Source: Arcobacteraceae bacterium
GTDB taxonomy: Bacteria > Campylobacterota > Campylobacteria > Campylobacterales > Arcobacteraceae
Direction: 5' to 3'
DNA length: 64,000 bases
NCBI GenBank assembly: GCA_965224485.1
Contig: CBDCZH010000016.1
Span: forward strand, 32,001 to 96,000
Below the pieces are notes generated by a model, which was not told where the DNA came from, ran no database searches, and saw only the letters and a list, made by a program, of their open reading frames with translations. Shown here in pieces: positions 1 through 10,392 of this stretch. The stretch's first letter is position 1; each line of letters starts with the position of its first letter. The position numbers and the translations under genes are program-made.

Positions 1-471
1 TATAAAAGATTCAGCATTTAAAGACAAAGAGATAAACTCTTCATTTTTAGAATATTCTTCAAATCCTAGATTTTTATTATATTTCAAAGCATTCAAATTT
101 TTTACTTTAACTTGGGCTTCTAAAGTATTTATTTGATATTTGTTAAAAATATAAGAAAGGAAATAAATAGGTAAAAATGACTTAAATAACAAAGAAGCAT
201 CTTCTTTAAAAAATACTCCCCATTTCATATTTGCATTTATATCAAATATATTAATAGCTCCTATTATTTCACTATCATATATAAGTGCATAATATTTTTT
301 ATCTTCATTATTCTCTAAACTTCTAAGCCAAGATAAGTGATTAAGTAAAAGAATTTCTCTTTCATCTAAAGAAGATTCTCTTATGCGATTAGAGTTTCTT
401 ATTTTTAGAAGTTCTATATTTTCTTTTTTTGATAAAAGTAAATAATTTTTTAATATAATTGTTTTATTCAC
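1..471 (-). CDS. pseH: GNAT N-acetyltransferase of pseudaminic acid pathway (partial, runs off left end)
   Basis: Not in ORF track. Manual translation from GTG at 471 (AGGA upstream): MNKTIILKNYLLLSKKENIELLKIRNSNRIRE...NLNALKYNKNLGF; follows pseG with an 8-nt overlap. Confidence 0.8.
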   Translation of the reverse strand, partial: MNKTIILKNYLLLSKKENIELLKIRNSNRIRESSLDEREILLLNHLSWLRSLENNEDKKYYALIYDSEIIGAINIFDINANMKWGVFFKEDASLLFKSFLPIYFLSYIFNKYQINTLEAQVKVKNLNALKYNKNLGFEEYSKNEEFISLSLNAESFI

Positions 472-1360
472 AACTATCCTTTATTAGTATTTCCACATAA
501 GTTTTTAAAATTTTCTCATTAAAAGAGTTAATTGCTAAGTAGTTCTTCTTTAACAAATACTCATGCATATATTTTTGATTTAAAGCTGTTTGTATTGTTA
601 TAAATTTTGTTTTCATAAAAAGTAACTCATGAACAATAACACTAGGACTTACAATTGCAAAATCTACTTCATTTAAAATCTTTGCCATTTCCTTTGAATC
701 AATAACTAAGTCTATTTTTTCATTTACACACTCTTTTAAAAGATTTATATTTTTATTTGAAGAGCTAGTTAGAATTATAATACTTATGTCAAAAGAACTT
801 AAAGCTTTTACAATATCTAAAGAAATATTCTTTTCATCAACTCCACCCATACATATAAATATTTTAGGTTTAAGATTTTTAGTTTTTTTTATTTTAAAAT
901 TTTTAAACTCATCTCTTATTAAAGTATAGTTCTCTCCACATCTAAGTTCACAATCTTTTGGAACTAAGTTTTTATACTGTTCATCTTTTGCATATACATT
1001 ATGATTTAATAAAATATCGCAATAATGTTTTTCATATGTATCATCTAAAACCATAAGAGAGCAAGAAGTTCTTTGTTTTAACTCTTTTTCATAAATATAA
1101 GAAATATCATATGAGTCTATAATGATTAAATCAAAACTATTTTTATTTACAAAAGCACATAATTCATCTAAAGCATTTGTTTTTAAAATATGAAGATTAT
1201 ATTTATTATCTTTTATTTCTTGATTTATATTACCTTCTAAATCTTCAACCACAAAAGTAATCTTAGAATTTTTAAACTCTTTTGCTAACACTAAATCTCT
1301 TTTAATATGACCTAAACCTATTTGGGATGAAGAATTTGCACGAATAAGGATATTTTTCAT
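464..1360 (-). CDS. pseG: UDP-2,4-diacetamido-2,4,6-trideoxy-beta-L-altropyranose hydrolase
   Basis: IGLGHIKRDLVLA and MGGVD motifs; position in pse cluster. Confidence 0.92.
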   Translation of the reverse strand: MKNILIRANSSSQIGLGHIKRDLVLAKEFKNSKITFVVEDLEGNINQEIKDNKYNLHILKTNALDELCAFVNKNSFDLIIIDSYDISYIYEKELKQRTSCSLMVLDDTYEKHYCDILLNHNVYAKDEQYKNLVPKDCELRCGENYTLIRDEFKNFKIKKTKNLKPKIFICMGGVDEKNISLDIVKALSSFDISIIILTSSSNKNINLLKECVNEKIDLVIDSKEMAKILNEVDFAIVSPSVIVHELLFMKTKFITIQTALNQKYMHEYLLKKNYLAINSFNEKILKTYVEILIKDSCE

Positions 1361-2056
1361 TTACTTACTTTTTTGCAAAACTTCATATAAAAGTTGAGCT
1401 CTTTGGAAATCTTCTAAAGTATCAATATCTTGTACTAAATGTCTTGGTAGAATAATAGGAATTGAATCAGCACCAAAAATTATCTCACTTGTTTTTTGTT
1501 TAATTTTATTCCAATAAAACTGCCCTGCATCTTGATAAGCTTCTTCTAAGTCTTGACTTCTTTTTGTAAAATTAGAAGGTTCAAACATTTCACATCTTTT
1601 CTCACCATTTATTTTAAAAGTTCTCTGTATTGGAAAAGGCATTGACGTACAAGAAAAAGCATATTTCGCAGATGAGTTTTTTAATTTCTCAAAACCTTCA
1701 AGTAAGTATTTTACTTGTAATAAAGGAGCAGTTGCATAAATAGTACAAGAATAATCAAACTCTTCATCCCTATCTTTTAAAAACTTTAAAGCATGAGAGA
1801 CAACAACACCTGTTCCACTATAATCATCGCTTAACTCTAGAGGTCGTAAAAATGGAACTTCTGCCCCATACTCTAAAGCAACTTTTTTTATTTCTTCATC
1901 ATCAGTTGAAACTATAACTTTAGAAAAAAGCTTTGACTCTAAGGCAACTTTTATTGAATAAGCAATCAAAGGAAGTCCTGCAAAATCTTTAATATTTTTC
2001 TTAGGTATTCTTTTACTTCCACCTCGAGCTGGAATTATTGCAATTAATTTTGGCAT
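1361..2056 (-). CDS. pseF: pseudaminic acid cytidylyltransferase
   Basis: AIIPARGGSKRIPKKNIK, RSQDLEEAYQDAGQFYW, VQDIDTLED. Confidence 0.93.
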   Translation of the reverse strand: MPKLIAIIPARGGSKRIPKKNIKDFAGLPLIAYSIKVALESKLFSKVIVSTDDEEIKKVALEYGAEVPFLRPLELSDDYSGTGVVVSHALKFLKDRDEEFDYSCTIYATAPLLQVKYLLEGFEKLKNSSAKYAFSCTSMPFPIQRTFKINGEKRCEMFEPSNFTKRSQDLEEAYQDAGQFYWNKIKQKTSEIIFGADSIPIILPRHLVQDIDTLEDFQRAQLLYEVLQKSK

Positions 2057-3177
2057 AAAACATCTTTTATACTTTTAATTACATATTCTTGTTCGGCAAA
2101 AGAGAGTGAAAAATACATAGGTATTGAGATAGTACTCTTGTAATACTCATTCATTACAGGAGTTTCTTCATTTCCATATCCAAGCTGTTTATAATATGGC
2201 TGTTTATTTATAGGAATATAATGATATTGGCAACCTACATTTAGCGCCCTTAGCTTTAAAACAAAATCTTTTTTAGATATTTTAAACTTTTCAAAATCTA
2301 TTCTTAGAACATATAAATGATAAGAAGAGTTTTTAGTATATGAGTATAAAGCGCTTACCCCCTCAAAAGAAGAAAATTCTTTCTCATATTTTAACGCTAA
2401 TTCATGACGTTTTTTTATAAAAGTATCAAGTCTTTTAAGTTGAGATAGTCCAAGAGTACATTGAATATCTGTAATTCTATAATTAAAACCTAAAACTTCC
2501 ATATCATAATGCCAAGGAGCTATTGAAGAGTTTGCACTCATTCCATGATTTCTTAAAAGTAATAATTCTTCATATAGTTTTTTGTCATTTGTAGTAATAG
2601 CTCCACCTTCACCTGTAGTCATATGTTTAACTGGATGAAAAGAAAAAGTAGAAATATCACTATTCTTACAAGAACCTGCTTTTATTTCTTCAAATAAAGA
2701 CCCAATTGCATGAGCATTATCTTCTAAAATTTTAATTTTAAATTTCTCTCTTAGATATTTTAACTTATTTTGATTTATAGGATTTCCTGAAAAAGAAACA
2801 GCATAAATAGCTTTTATACTAGGATCTTTTATAAGTGCTTCTTCACATAAATCTAAATTGATATTTCCATCTTCACAAATATCAATAAAAATTGGTTTTG
2901 CCCTTGCATAAAGAATTGCATTTGAAGTTGCTAAAAAAGAGTTAGGAGTAGTTAATACATTATCATCTTTTTGTAGAAGCACAAGTGAGCTTAAATGAAG
3001 AGCTGCTGTTCCATTACAAAGAACTATACAATATTTAGCTCCTGTATACTTGCAAAGTGCATCTTCAAACTCTTTAACTTTAGGTCCAGTTGTTAAATAA
3101 GAACTTTCTAAGGTTTCAACAACTGCTTCTATATCTTCTTTAGATATGTTTTGTTTACCATAAGGAATAAAATCCAT
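2044..3177 (-). CDS. pseC: UDP-4-amino-4,6-dideoxy-N-acetyl-beta-L-altrosamine transaminase (DegT family)
   Basis: IPYGKQ start, SFHPVKHMTTGEGG PLP-lysine motif, LGFNYR. Confidence 0.93.
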   Translation of the reverse strand: MDFIPYGKQNISKEDIEAVVETLESSYLTTGPKVKEFEDALCKYTGAKYCIVLCNGTAALHLSSLVLLQKDDNVLTTPNSFLATSNAILYARAKPIFIDICEDGNINLDLCEEALIKDPSIKAIYAVSFSGNPINQNKLKYLREKFKIKILEDNAHAIGSLFEEIKAGSCKNSDISTFSFHPVKHMTTGEGGAITTNDKKLYEELLLLRNHGMSANSSIAPWHYDMEVLGFNYRITDIQCTLGLSQLKRLDTFIKKRHELALKYEKEFSSFEGVSALYSYTKNSSYHLYVLRIDFEKFKISKKDFVLKLRALNVGCQYHYIPINKQPYYKQLGYGNEETPVMNEYYKSTISIPMYFSLSFAEQEYVIKSIKDVLCQN

Positions 3178-3179
3178 TT

Positions 3180-4193
<1,014 letters not shown>

Positions 4194-4365
4194 TTAAATA
4201 TTATATTATCTAATAATGTATACAATTATGCTTATATTTTCTTTACTGCATAAAAAGAAAAATAATAATTTAATAAAAAAATATAACAAATTGCAATAAA
4301 AACACCAACTTTAAATATAACTTGCTAAACTTACAACATAAAAAGAATTAATAACAGGAAAAATT

Positions 4366-5391
4366 ATGGATGACAATCAAAGAAAATCTTTAGACTTAGC
4401 AATAAAACAAATTGATAAAACTTTTGGGAAAGGTACATTAATTAGATTAGGGGACAAAGAAATAGAACCTATTGAAACAATTAGTACTGGTTCTTTAGGG
4501 CTTGATTTAGCTCTTGGTGTTGGAGGACTTCCTAGAGGTAGAGTTGTTGAAATTTATGGACCTGAGAGTTCTGGTAAAACTACTTTAACACTTCATGCCA
4601 TAGCAGAGTGTCAAAAAGCTGGTGGAGTTTGTGCTTTTATTGATGCAGAGCATGCTTTAGACGTTTTATATGCAAAAAACTTAGGTGTTGATATTGAGAA
4701 TTTACTTGTTTCTCAACCTGATTATGGTGAGCAAGCATTAGAAATACTTGAAACTGTAATTCGTTCAGGTGCAGTTGATTTAATTGTTATTGATTCTGTT
4801 GCAGCTTTAACTCCTAAAGTTGAAATTGATGGTGATATGGATGATATTCAAGTTGGAGTTCAAGCAAGACTTATGAGCAAAGCTTTAAGAAAAATTACTT
4901 CTGTTTTACATAAAATGAATACAACTGTAATATTTATTAATCAAATTAGAATGAAAATTGGAATGACAGGATATGGAAGTCCAGAAACTACAACAGGTGG
5001 AAATGCTTTAAAGTTTTACTCTACAATAAGACTTGATATAAGAAGAATTGCTACACTTAAACAAGCTGAAAATGCAATTGGAAATAGAGTTAAAGTAAAA
5101 GTTGTTAAAAATAAAGTAGCACCTCCATTTAAATTAGCAGAATTTGACATCATGTTTGGTGAGGGAATTTCAAAAATGGGTGAATTAATTGATTATGGAG
5201 TTAAGCTTGATATTGTTGATAAAGCAGGATCATGGTTCTCATATAAAGATGCTAAGATTGGTCAAGGTAAAGAAAACTCCAAAGTATTTTTAAGAGAAAA
5301 TCCAGAAATTGCTATAGAAATTGAAAAAAGAATTTTAGAAGCAATGGGTGTTGGTGATACAGAATTTGATGCTGTTGTGGATAGTGAGTAA
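4366..5391 (+). CDS. recA: recombinase RecA
   Basis: [39 protein letters not shown]; no intein. Confidence 0.99.
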   Translation: MDDNQRKSLDLAIKQIDKTFGKGTLIRLGDKEIEPIETISTGSLGLDLALGVGGLPRGRVVEIYGPESSGKTTLTLHAIAECQKAGGVCAFIDAEHALDVLYAKNLGVDIENLLVSQPDYGEQALEILETVIRSGAVDLIVIDSVAALTPKVEIDGDMDDIQVGVQARLMSKALRKITSVLHKMNTTVIFINQIRMKIGMTGYGSPETTTGGNALKFYSTIRLDIRRIATLKQAENAIGNRVKVKVVKNKVAPPFKLAEFDIMFGEGISKMGELIDYGVKLDIVDKAGSWFSYKDAKIGQGKENSKVFLRENPEIAIEIEKRILEAMGVGDTEFDAVVDSE

Positions 5392-5408
5392 AAAAGCTTA
5401 GCTTTTTT
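5390..5408 (+). terminator. short intrinsic terminator-like hairpin after recA
   Basis: AAAAAAGC-TTA-GCTTTTTT immediately after the stop codon. Confidence 0.5.
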
Positions 5409-5409
5409 A

Positions 5410-5490
5410 AATGAATAATTAATAATGAATAGTGAATAATATTTTGATTCACTATTCTCCATCTACCACTAACTATAAACTATAAACTAT
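5410..5490. repeat. heptamer-phased degenerate tandem repeats arranged as an inverted pair
   Basis: aatgaat/aattaat/aatgaat/agtgaat then attcact/attctcc/atctacc/actaact/ataaact/ataaact; stem gaatagtgaat (5427-5437) pairs with attcactattc (5447-5457). Confidence 0.65.
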
Positions 5491-5555
5491 TTTACTAAAC
5501 TTATACAAATACACCCTCTATCTTAGAACTTACCAAACAACATATAAACTAGCTT

Positions 5556-5565
5556 TGGATATAAT
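5556..5565 (+). promoter_or_regulatory. probable sigma70 -10 element for eno
   Basis: tggaTATAAT about 45 nt upstream of the eno GTG start; AGGAG RBS before the start. Confidence 0.55.
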
Positions 5566-5609
5566 TGGCAAATTTTAACAAATGAACTAATCTTAAATAG
5601 GAGAAACAC

Positions 5610-6884
5610 GTGGTATTTATTGATAATGTATATGCTGATGAAGTAATGGATTCAAGAGGAAATCCAACTGTAAGAGCTACAGTTGTTTTAAGTGATGGAA
5701 CAAAACAAAGTGCAATTGTACCAAGTGGTGCTAGTACTGGAAAAAGAGAAGCACTAGAATTAAGAGATGATGATCACAGATATATGGGAAAAGGTGTTTT
5801 AAAAGCTGTAGAAAATGTAAATACTACTATTTCTGATGAATTATTAGGAATGTCTCCTTTTAATCAAGCTGAAATTGATGCAACAATGAAAGATATTGAT
5901 GGAACTTCAAATTATGCTAATCTTGGAGCAAATGCAGTTTTAGGTGTATCAATGGCAGTTGCTAGAGCAGCTGCTGCATCTTTGAATATTCCTTTATACA
6001 GATATTTAGGAGGAGCAAATGCTATGACTATGCCTGTTCCTATGTTTAATATTATAAATGGTGGAGAGCATGCTAATAACTCTGTTGATTTTCAAGAATA
6101 TATGATTATGCCTGTAGGTTTTGAAGATTTTAAAGAAGGTCTTAGAGCAGTATCAGAAATTTATCATCATCTTAAAAAAATAATTGATGAAATGGGTGAA
6201 TCAACTGCCGTAGGTGATGAAGGTGGTTTCGCACCAAATTTAAAATCAAATGAAGAACCTTTAGAAGTAATTATGAAAGCTATTAAAGCTGCTGGTTATA
6301 AAGCTGGTGAGCAAATTGCTTTAGCTTTAGATGTAGCTGCGTCAGAAATTATTAATGATAAAGGTCTTTATGTTTTAAAATCTGAAAACAGGGAATTAAC
6401 AAGTAAAGAATTAGTTTCTTATTATGCTAATTTATGTGAAAAGTACCCTATTGTTTCAATTGAAGATGGTTTAAGTGAAGATGATTGGGACGGATGGAAA
6501 ATCATGACAGATGCACTTGGAGATAAAATCCAAATTGTGGGAGATGATTTATTTGTAACTAATGCTTCTATTTTAGATGAAGGAATTAAAAAGAATATTG
6601 CAAACTCAATTTTAATTAAACCAAATCAAATAGGAACCATTAGTGAAACTATGCTTACTATTAGACTAGCACAAAGAAATAACTATAAATGTGTAATGTC
6701 ACATCGAAGTGGAGAGAGTGAAGATACATTTATTGCAGATTTCGCAGTAGCATTAAATTGTGGTCAAATCAAAACTGGAAGTACAGCTAGATCTGATAGA
6801 ATTGCTAAATATAACAGACTATTAGAAATAGGTGCAGAAATTGGATATGCTGAATATTTAGGAAAAAGAACTTTTTCTAAATAA
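5610..6884 (+). CDS. eno: enolase
   Basis: [34 protein letters not shown]. Confidence 0.99.
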   Translation: MVFIDNVYADEVMDSRGNPTVRATVVLSDGTKQSAIVPSGASTGKREALELRDDDHRYMGKGVLKAVENVNTTISDELLGMSPFNQAEIDATMKDIDGTSNYANLGANAVLGVSMAVARAAAASLNIPLYRYLGGANAMTMPVPMFNIINGGEHANNSVDFQEYMIMPVGFEDFKEGLRAVSEIYHHLKKIIDEMGESTAVGDEGGFAPNLKSNEEPLEVIMKAIKAAGYKAGEQIALALDVAASEIINDKGLYVLKSENRELTSKELVSYYANLCEKYPIVSIEDGLSEDDWDGWKIMTDALGDKIQIVGDDLFVTNASILDEGIKKNIANSILIKPNQIGTISETMLTIRLAQRNNYKCVMSHRSGESEDTFIADFAVALNCGQIKTGSTARSDRIAKYNRLLEIGAEIGYAEYLGKRTFSK

Positions 6885-6892
6885 TTTTTTTA

Positions 6893-7141
6893 ATGAAAAA
6901 GAAAAGAAGAAACAATGATGTAAAGAAATTTACAATAATAGCAATTTTTTCAATTGTTATTACGTTGTTTCTAAGCTATCATGTGGCAAACTTATTATTT
7001 GGAGTGAACTCTTATGAAGTATTAAACTCTTTAATGAATAAAAAAGAGTATTTAAGAAAAGAGATTATCAGATTACAACAAGATAATGCCAGACTTCAAA
7101 AAGAGTATTTTGAACTTAAAAACTTGGAGCCAGAAGAATGA
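6893..7141 (+). CDS. septum formation initiator (FtsB/DivIC-like) small membrane protein
   Basis: One TM helix then coiled coil ending NARLQKEYFELK; directly after eno. Confidence 0.7.
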   Translation: MKKKRRNNDVKKFTIIAIFSIVITLFLSYHVANLLFGVNSYEVLNSLMNKKEYLRKEIIRLQQDNARLQKEYFELKNLEPEE

Positions 7142-7908
7142 AAAGATTTTCATATTTACTAACTATTTTAATCATGACCTTATCTCTAAATGCTAGAGAG
7201 AACCCTTTTACAGCTACTCAAGCATACAGTGAAGAGGAAGCAAGACTTTTAGAAATGGAAGCTGATTTTCCATCTAAACAGTATCAAAAAAAATCTATAG
7301 ATGAACTTGATTTAGAAGATATGAGTCCTAGAAAAATGCCTGTAAATACACCACATCCTAATGCTGTATATAAAACAGAAACACAGATAAAAGCAGAAGC
7401 TTACGCTAAAAAAACTATGCTAAATTTAAAGAAAAAAGAGAATGAAATAAAAACAGCCATGAGAAAAGTTCAAATGGCTAAGAAACTTGCAGATGAATCA
7501 ATACAAATGCAAAAAGAGGAAATACAAAAACAAGGTCCTATGTTATTTGTAAAATTAAGAGAAGATGTAAAAAGTCTTAACTCTTTAGATATCCTTCCTT
7601 TTTTATCAATTGAATACTCTGATTTAGAGTTAAATATTCATACTAAATATAAGGTATTTAAAAAACTGTATTTACCAGATGAAAACAAACTTATTATTGA
7701 TTTTTATGGAAATGTAACTTTCTTTACGAAAAGATATGATTTAGATTCAGATAATTTTTCTAAAATTGTTTTAGGTAATCATAAAAAAGAGAAATTCTTT
7801 AGAGTAGTTTTAGTAACTAAAGAACAACCTTCTTTATATAATGTAACTTATGATGAAGATTTAGTTAACATTTCTTATATGCAAGAAATGATTGATGACT
7901 CTAATTAA
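7138..7908 (+). CDS. exported AMIN-domain protein
   Basis: Signal peptide ending LNA-RENPF; C-terminal KLIIDF...GNHKKEKFFRVV; third gene after eno. Confidence 0.7.
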   Translation: MKRFSYLLTILIMTLSLNARENPFTATQAYSEEEARLLEMEADFPSKQYQKKSIDELDLEDMSPRKMPVNTPHPNAVYKTETQIKAEAYAKKTMLNLKKKENEIKTAMRKVQMAKKLADESIQMQKEEIQKQGPMLFVKLREDVKSLNSLDILPFLSIEYSDLELNIHTKYKVFKKLYLPDENKLIIDFYGNVTFFTKRYDLDSDNFSKIVLGNHKKEKFFRVVLVTKEQPSLYNVTYDEDLVNISYMQEMIDDSN

Positions 7909-9018
7909 AATCATAACAATTAAAACTTCAAGAATTGAAGCTAAAATAAAAGCATAATAATAAAATTGTGTAATTGAATGACTATGATATGCTAAAGTAG
8001 AAACAGCAATTAACAGTGTTAAAGGCATTGAGTGAGAAAGACCAAGAAGCAAAAAGTTTTTCACTCCAATGTCTTTTATATATAACATAGAAGCACATAA
8101 TCTAATAAAGATCATTGCTAAAGTAATAATAAGAGCTGTTGCAAATAAACCTTCATCAAATAAAGCTTTTAATTCAAAAGAAGACCCTACGTATACAAAA
8201 AATATAGGGACTAACCAACCAAATCCAAAGTGTTCTAGTTTTGAAGGTAAAGACTTATTATGCTCAAAGAATGTTGTTATAAAAGTCCCAGCTATAAAAG
8301 CTCCAAAAGCAACCTCTAAATGTAAATATAACATAACAGAAATCATAAAAAAGAAAATTGCCATAGAAACTCTAATATCTTGCTCTTGATGATCTTCTTG
8401 TGGCATTAAATACGTTTTAATTTCAGGGAACCACCAAATAGCATTATGAAAAAGTTTATATACAAAAATAAGCGCAATTAAAAATATTAAAAATAACATC
8501 ATAGTTTTTGCAAATTCAAAGCCAAACCCTAGCTCTAAACCAGCAGAAACAGTTGTTAAAACAACAATTGAAATAATTTCACCTATTAGTCCAACTACTA
8601 TTGATAATTTAATCCAAGGAGTTTCTCCGTACTCTTTTTTTAAAGCAGCTATTAGACCAATTGATATTAAAGGAAGGGTTACTATAAAGATTTTTCCTAA
8701 ATCGAAGTACCAGGTAATCAAAAAAGACAAAGTATATAAAATAGCATTATATAAAAGTGCTTTTTTAAGTTCAGCTTTAGATAAATTAATAAGTTTTTTT
8801 AAATCAACTTCAAGGCCAGCTAAAAACATCAGATATAAAAAACCTAATTCAGCAACAAGCTCAAAAATAGAGTGCTCTACTATAAGAGAGAAATACACAA
8901 AAAGTGATCCTAAAATAATTTCAACAGGAATAGTAGGTATTTTTGTCAGTTTTGAAATTAAAGGTGAGCTGAAAATTATAAAAGATAAGGACATAATAAT
9001 TAATATTTCTTCACTCAT
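7861..9018 (-). CDS. cation:proton antiporter (CPA2 family)
   Basis: Polytopic membrane protein; AELGFLYLMFLAGLEVD, FGAFIAG, PIFFVYVG. Confidence 0.88.
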   Translation of the reverse strand: MSEEILIIMSLSFIIFSSPLISKLTKIPTIPVEIILGSLFVYFSLIVEHSIFELVAELGFLYLMFLAGLEVDLKKLINLSKAELKKALLYNAILYTLSFLITWYFDLGKIFIVTLPLISIGLIAALKKEYGETPWIKLSIVVGLIGEIISIVVLTTVSAGLELGFGFEFAKTMMLFLIFLIALIFVYKLFHNAIWWFPEIKTYLMPQEDHQEQDIRVSMAIFFFMISVMLYLHLEVAFGAFIAGTFITTFFEHNKSLPSKLEHFGFGWLVPIFFVYVGSSFELKALFDEGLFATALIITLAMIFIRLCASMLYIKDIGVKNFLLLGLSHSMPLTLLIAVSTLAYHSHSITQFYYYAFILASILEVLIVMILIRVINHFLHIRNVN

Positions 9019-9033
9019 TTCTCTAGCCCTTTT

Positions 9034-9885
9034 TTAATTTATTTCTCGCTCAATTGTAAAACCTAATCTTTCTAACTCTCGTATATCATCAGCAGGAGAT
9101 TTTCCAGCAGTTGTCAAATAATCACCAATTACAAAAGCATTTGCACCTTTATCAAAGATTTTATACTCTTCATCTCCAAACATTAACTCTCTTCCACCTG
9201 CAACCATAATCTTTTTAGCATTTGGAACCATTTCTCTAGCTAGGGTGATTAACTCAAAAGCTTTTTTTCTTGTAATAGAATTTGTAACTAAAGGAAGAGC
9301 TTTATTTGGATGAAAAAAGTTCAAAGGAACATTCATAGGATTTAAAGAAGCAATTGATTCAAGCATTGAAATTCTTTGCTCTTGTGTTTCTCCTAATCCA
9401 AAAATTCCACCACAAACAAGTCTTAATCCAACTTTGTTTACATTTAAACAGGTTTCATATCTTTCATCCCAGCTATGAGTTGTTACAATTTGGGGATAAA
9501 AATCTCTTGATGTTTCTAAGTTATGATTATAAGCATCAACTCCCGCTTCTTTTAAGCTTTGTATTTGTTCAAGCGAAGCTGTTCCATTACAGGCAATTAA
9601 AATAAGTCCTAAGTTCTCTTTTTTTACTGCACGTGCTGCTTTACAAACAAATTCTAGTCGTTTAGGAGTTAAACCTTTTCCAGCAGTAACCAAACAAAAA
9701 CCATTAGCATTATTTGCTCTTGCTCTTTTAGCTTCTGCAACTATATCATCAATTTCTTTTGTTTTATATCTATTTATATCAGCTTTGTACCTAACACTTT
9801 GAGTACAGAACTTACAATCTTCATTACAGGTACCGCTCTCTATATTACATATAGCACATAAAAAGATATTACTTTTTTCGCTCAT
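9034..9885 (-). CDS. bioB: biotin synthase
   Basis: Radical SAM CNEDCKFC, YNHNLETS, AGGRE, GDYLTT. Confidence 0.95.
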   Translation of the reverse strand: MSEKSNIFLCAICNIESGTCNEDCKFCTQSVRYKADINRYKTKEIDDIVAEAKRARANNANGFCLVTAGKGLTPKRLEFVCKAARAVKKENLGLILIACNGTASLEQIQSLKEAGVDAYNHNLETSRDFYPQIVTTHSWDERYETCLNVNKVGLRLVCGGIFGLGETQEQRISMLESIASLNPMNVPLNFFHPNKALPLVTNSITRKKAFELITLAREMVPNAKKIMVAGGRELMFGDEEYKIFDKGANAFVIGDYLTTAGKSPADDIRELERLGFTIEREIN

Positions 9886-10390
9886 AAATTTTCTCTTCTT
9901 TTATAAAATTATTTTCATTTATATTTCTTGAGTAATAATTAATTATATACTCATCTTCATTAATTTCTAGCAAAACACACTCTATATTATTGCTATCTCT
10001 TGCACAAACTTCACCTGGATTTAAAAAAAGTGTTTTATTAATATATTCACTTTTAAAAATATGTGTATGACCAAAAATAATAATATCGCAATCATCTGGA
10101 CTCATATAAAATGGTAGATGCATTAATTTGATTTTTAAATCTTTAATCTTAAAATAATAAGGTTCTTGTTTAATGACAAAATCATTGCAATAAGAAACTA
10201 AATCATTATCATTATTTCCAAAGACACTAACATAAGGTAAATTAGTCTCTTTTAAAAGTTCTAAATTACTTTTTAAAACTAAGTCACCTGCATGAATAAT
10301 ATATGTAGCCCCTTTATTTATTAAAAAGTCTAAAACTTCTTTAGTATAAGAAGTTTTAGTATGACTATCAGATAAAACAGCTATTTTCAT
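9869..10390 (-). CDS. YfcE-family metallophosphoesterase
   Basis: LSDSH, HAGD, GNND, FGHTH, NPGE motifs. Confidence 0.9.
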   Translation of the reverse strand: MKIAVLSDSHTKTSYTKEVLDFLINKGATYIIHAGDLVLKSNLELLKETNLPYVSVFGNNDNDLVSYCNDFVIKQEPYYFKIKDLKIKLMHLPFYMSPDDCDIIIFGHTHIFKSEYINKTLFLNPGEVCARDSNNIECVLLEINEDEYIINYYSRNINENNFIKEEKIYERKK

Positions 10391-10392
10391 AA

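Noticed and set aside
5410..5490. CRISPR array or tRNA in the repeat or hairpin spacers (also 42375-42463 and 50243-50362)
   Set aside because: No constant repeat with unique spacers, no cas genes, no cloverleaf with T/D loops
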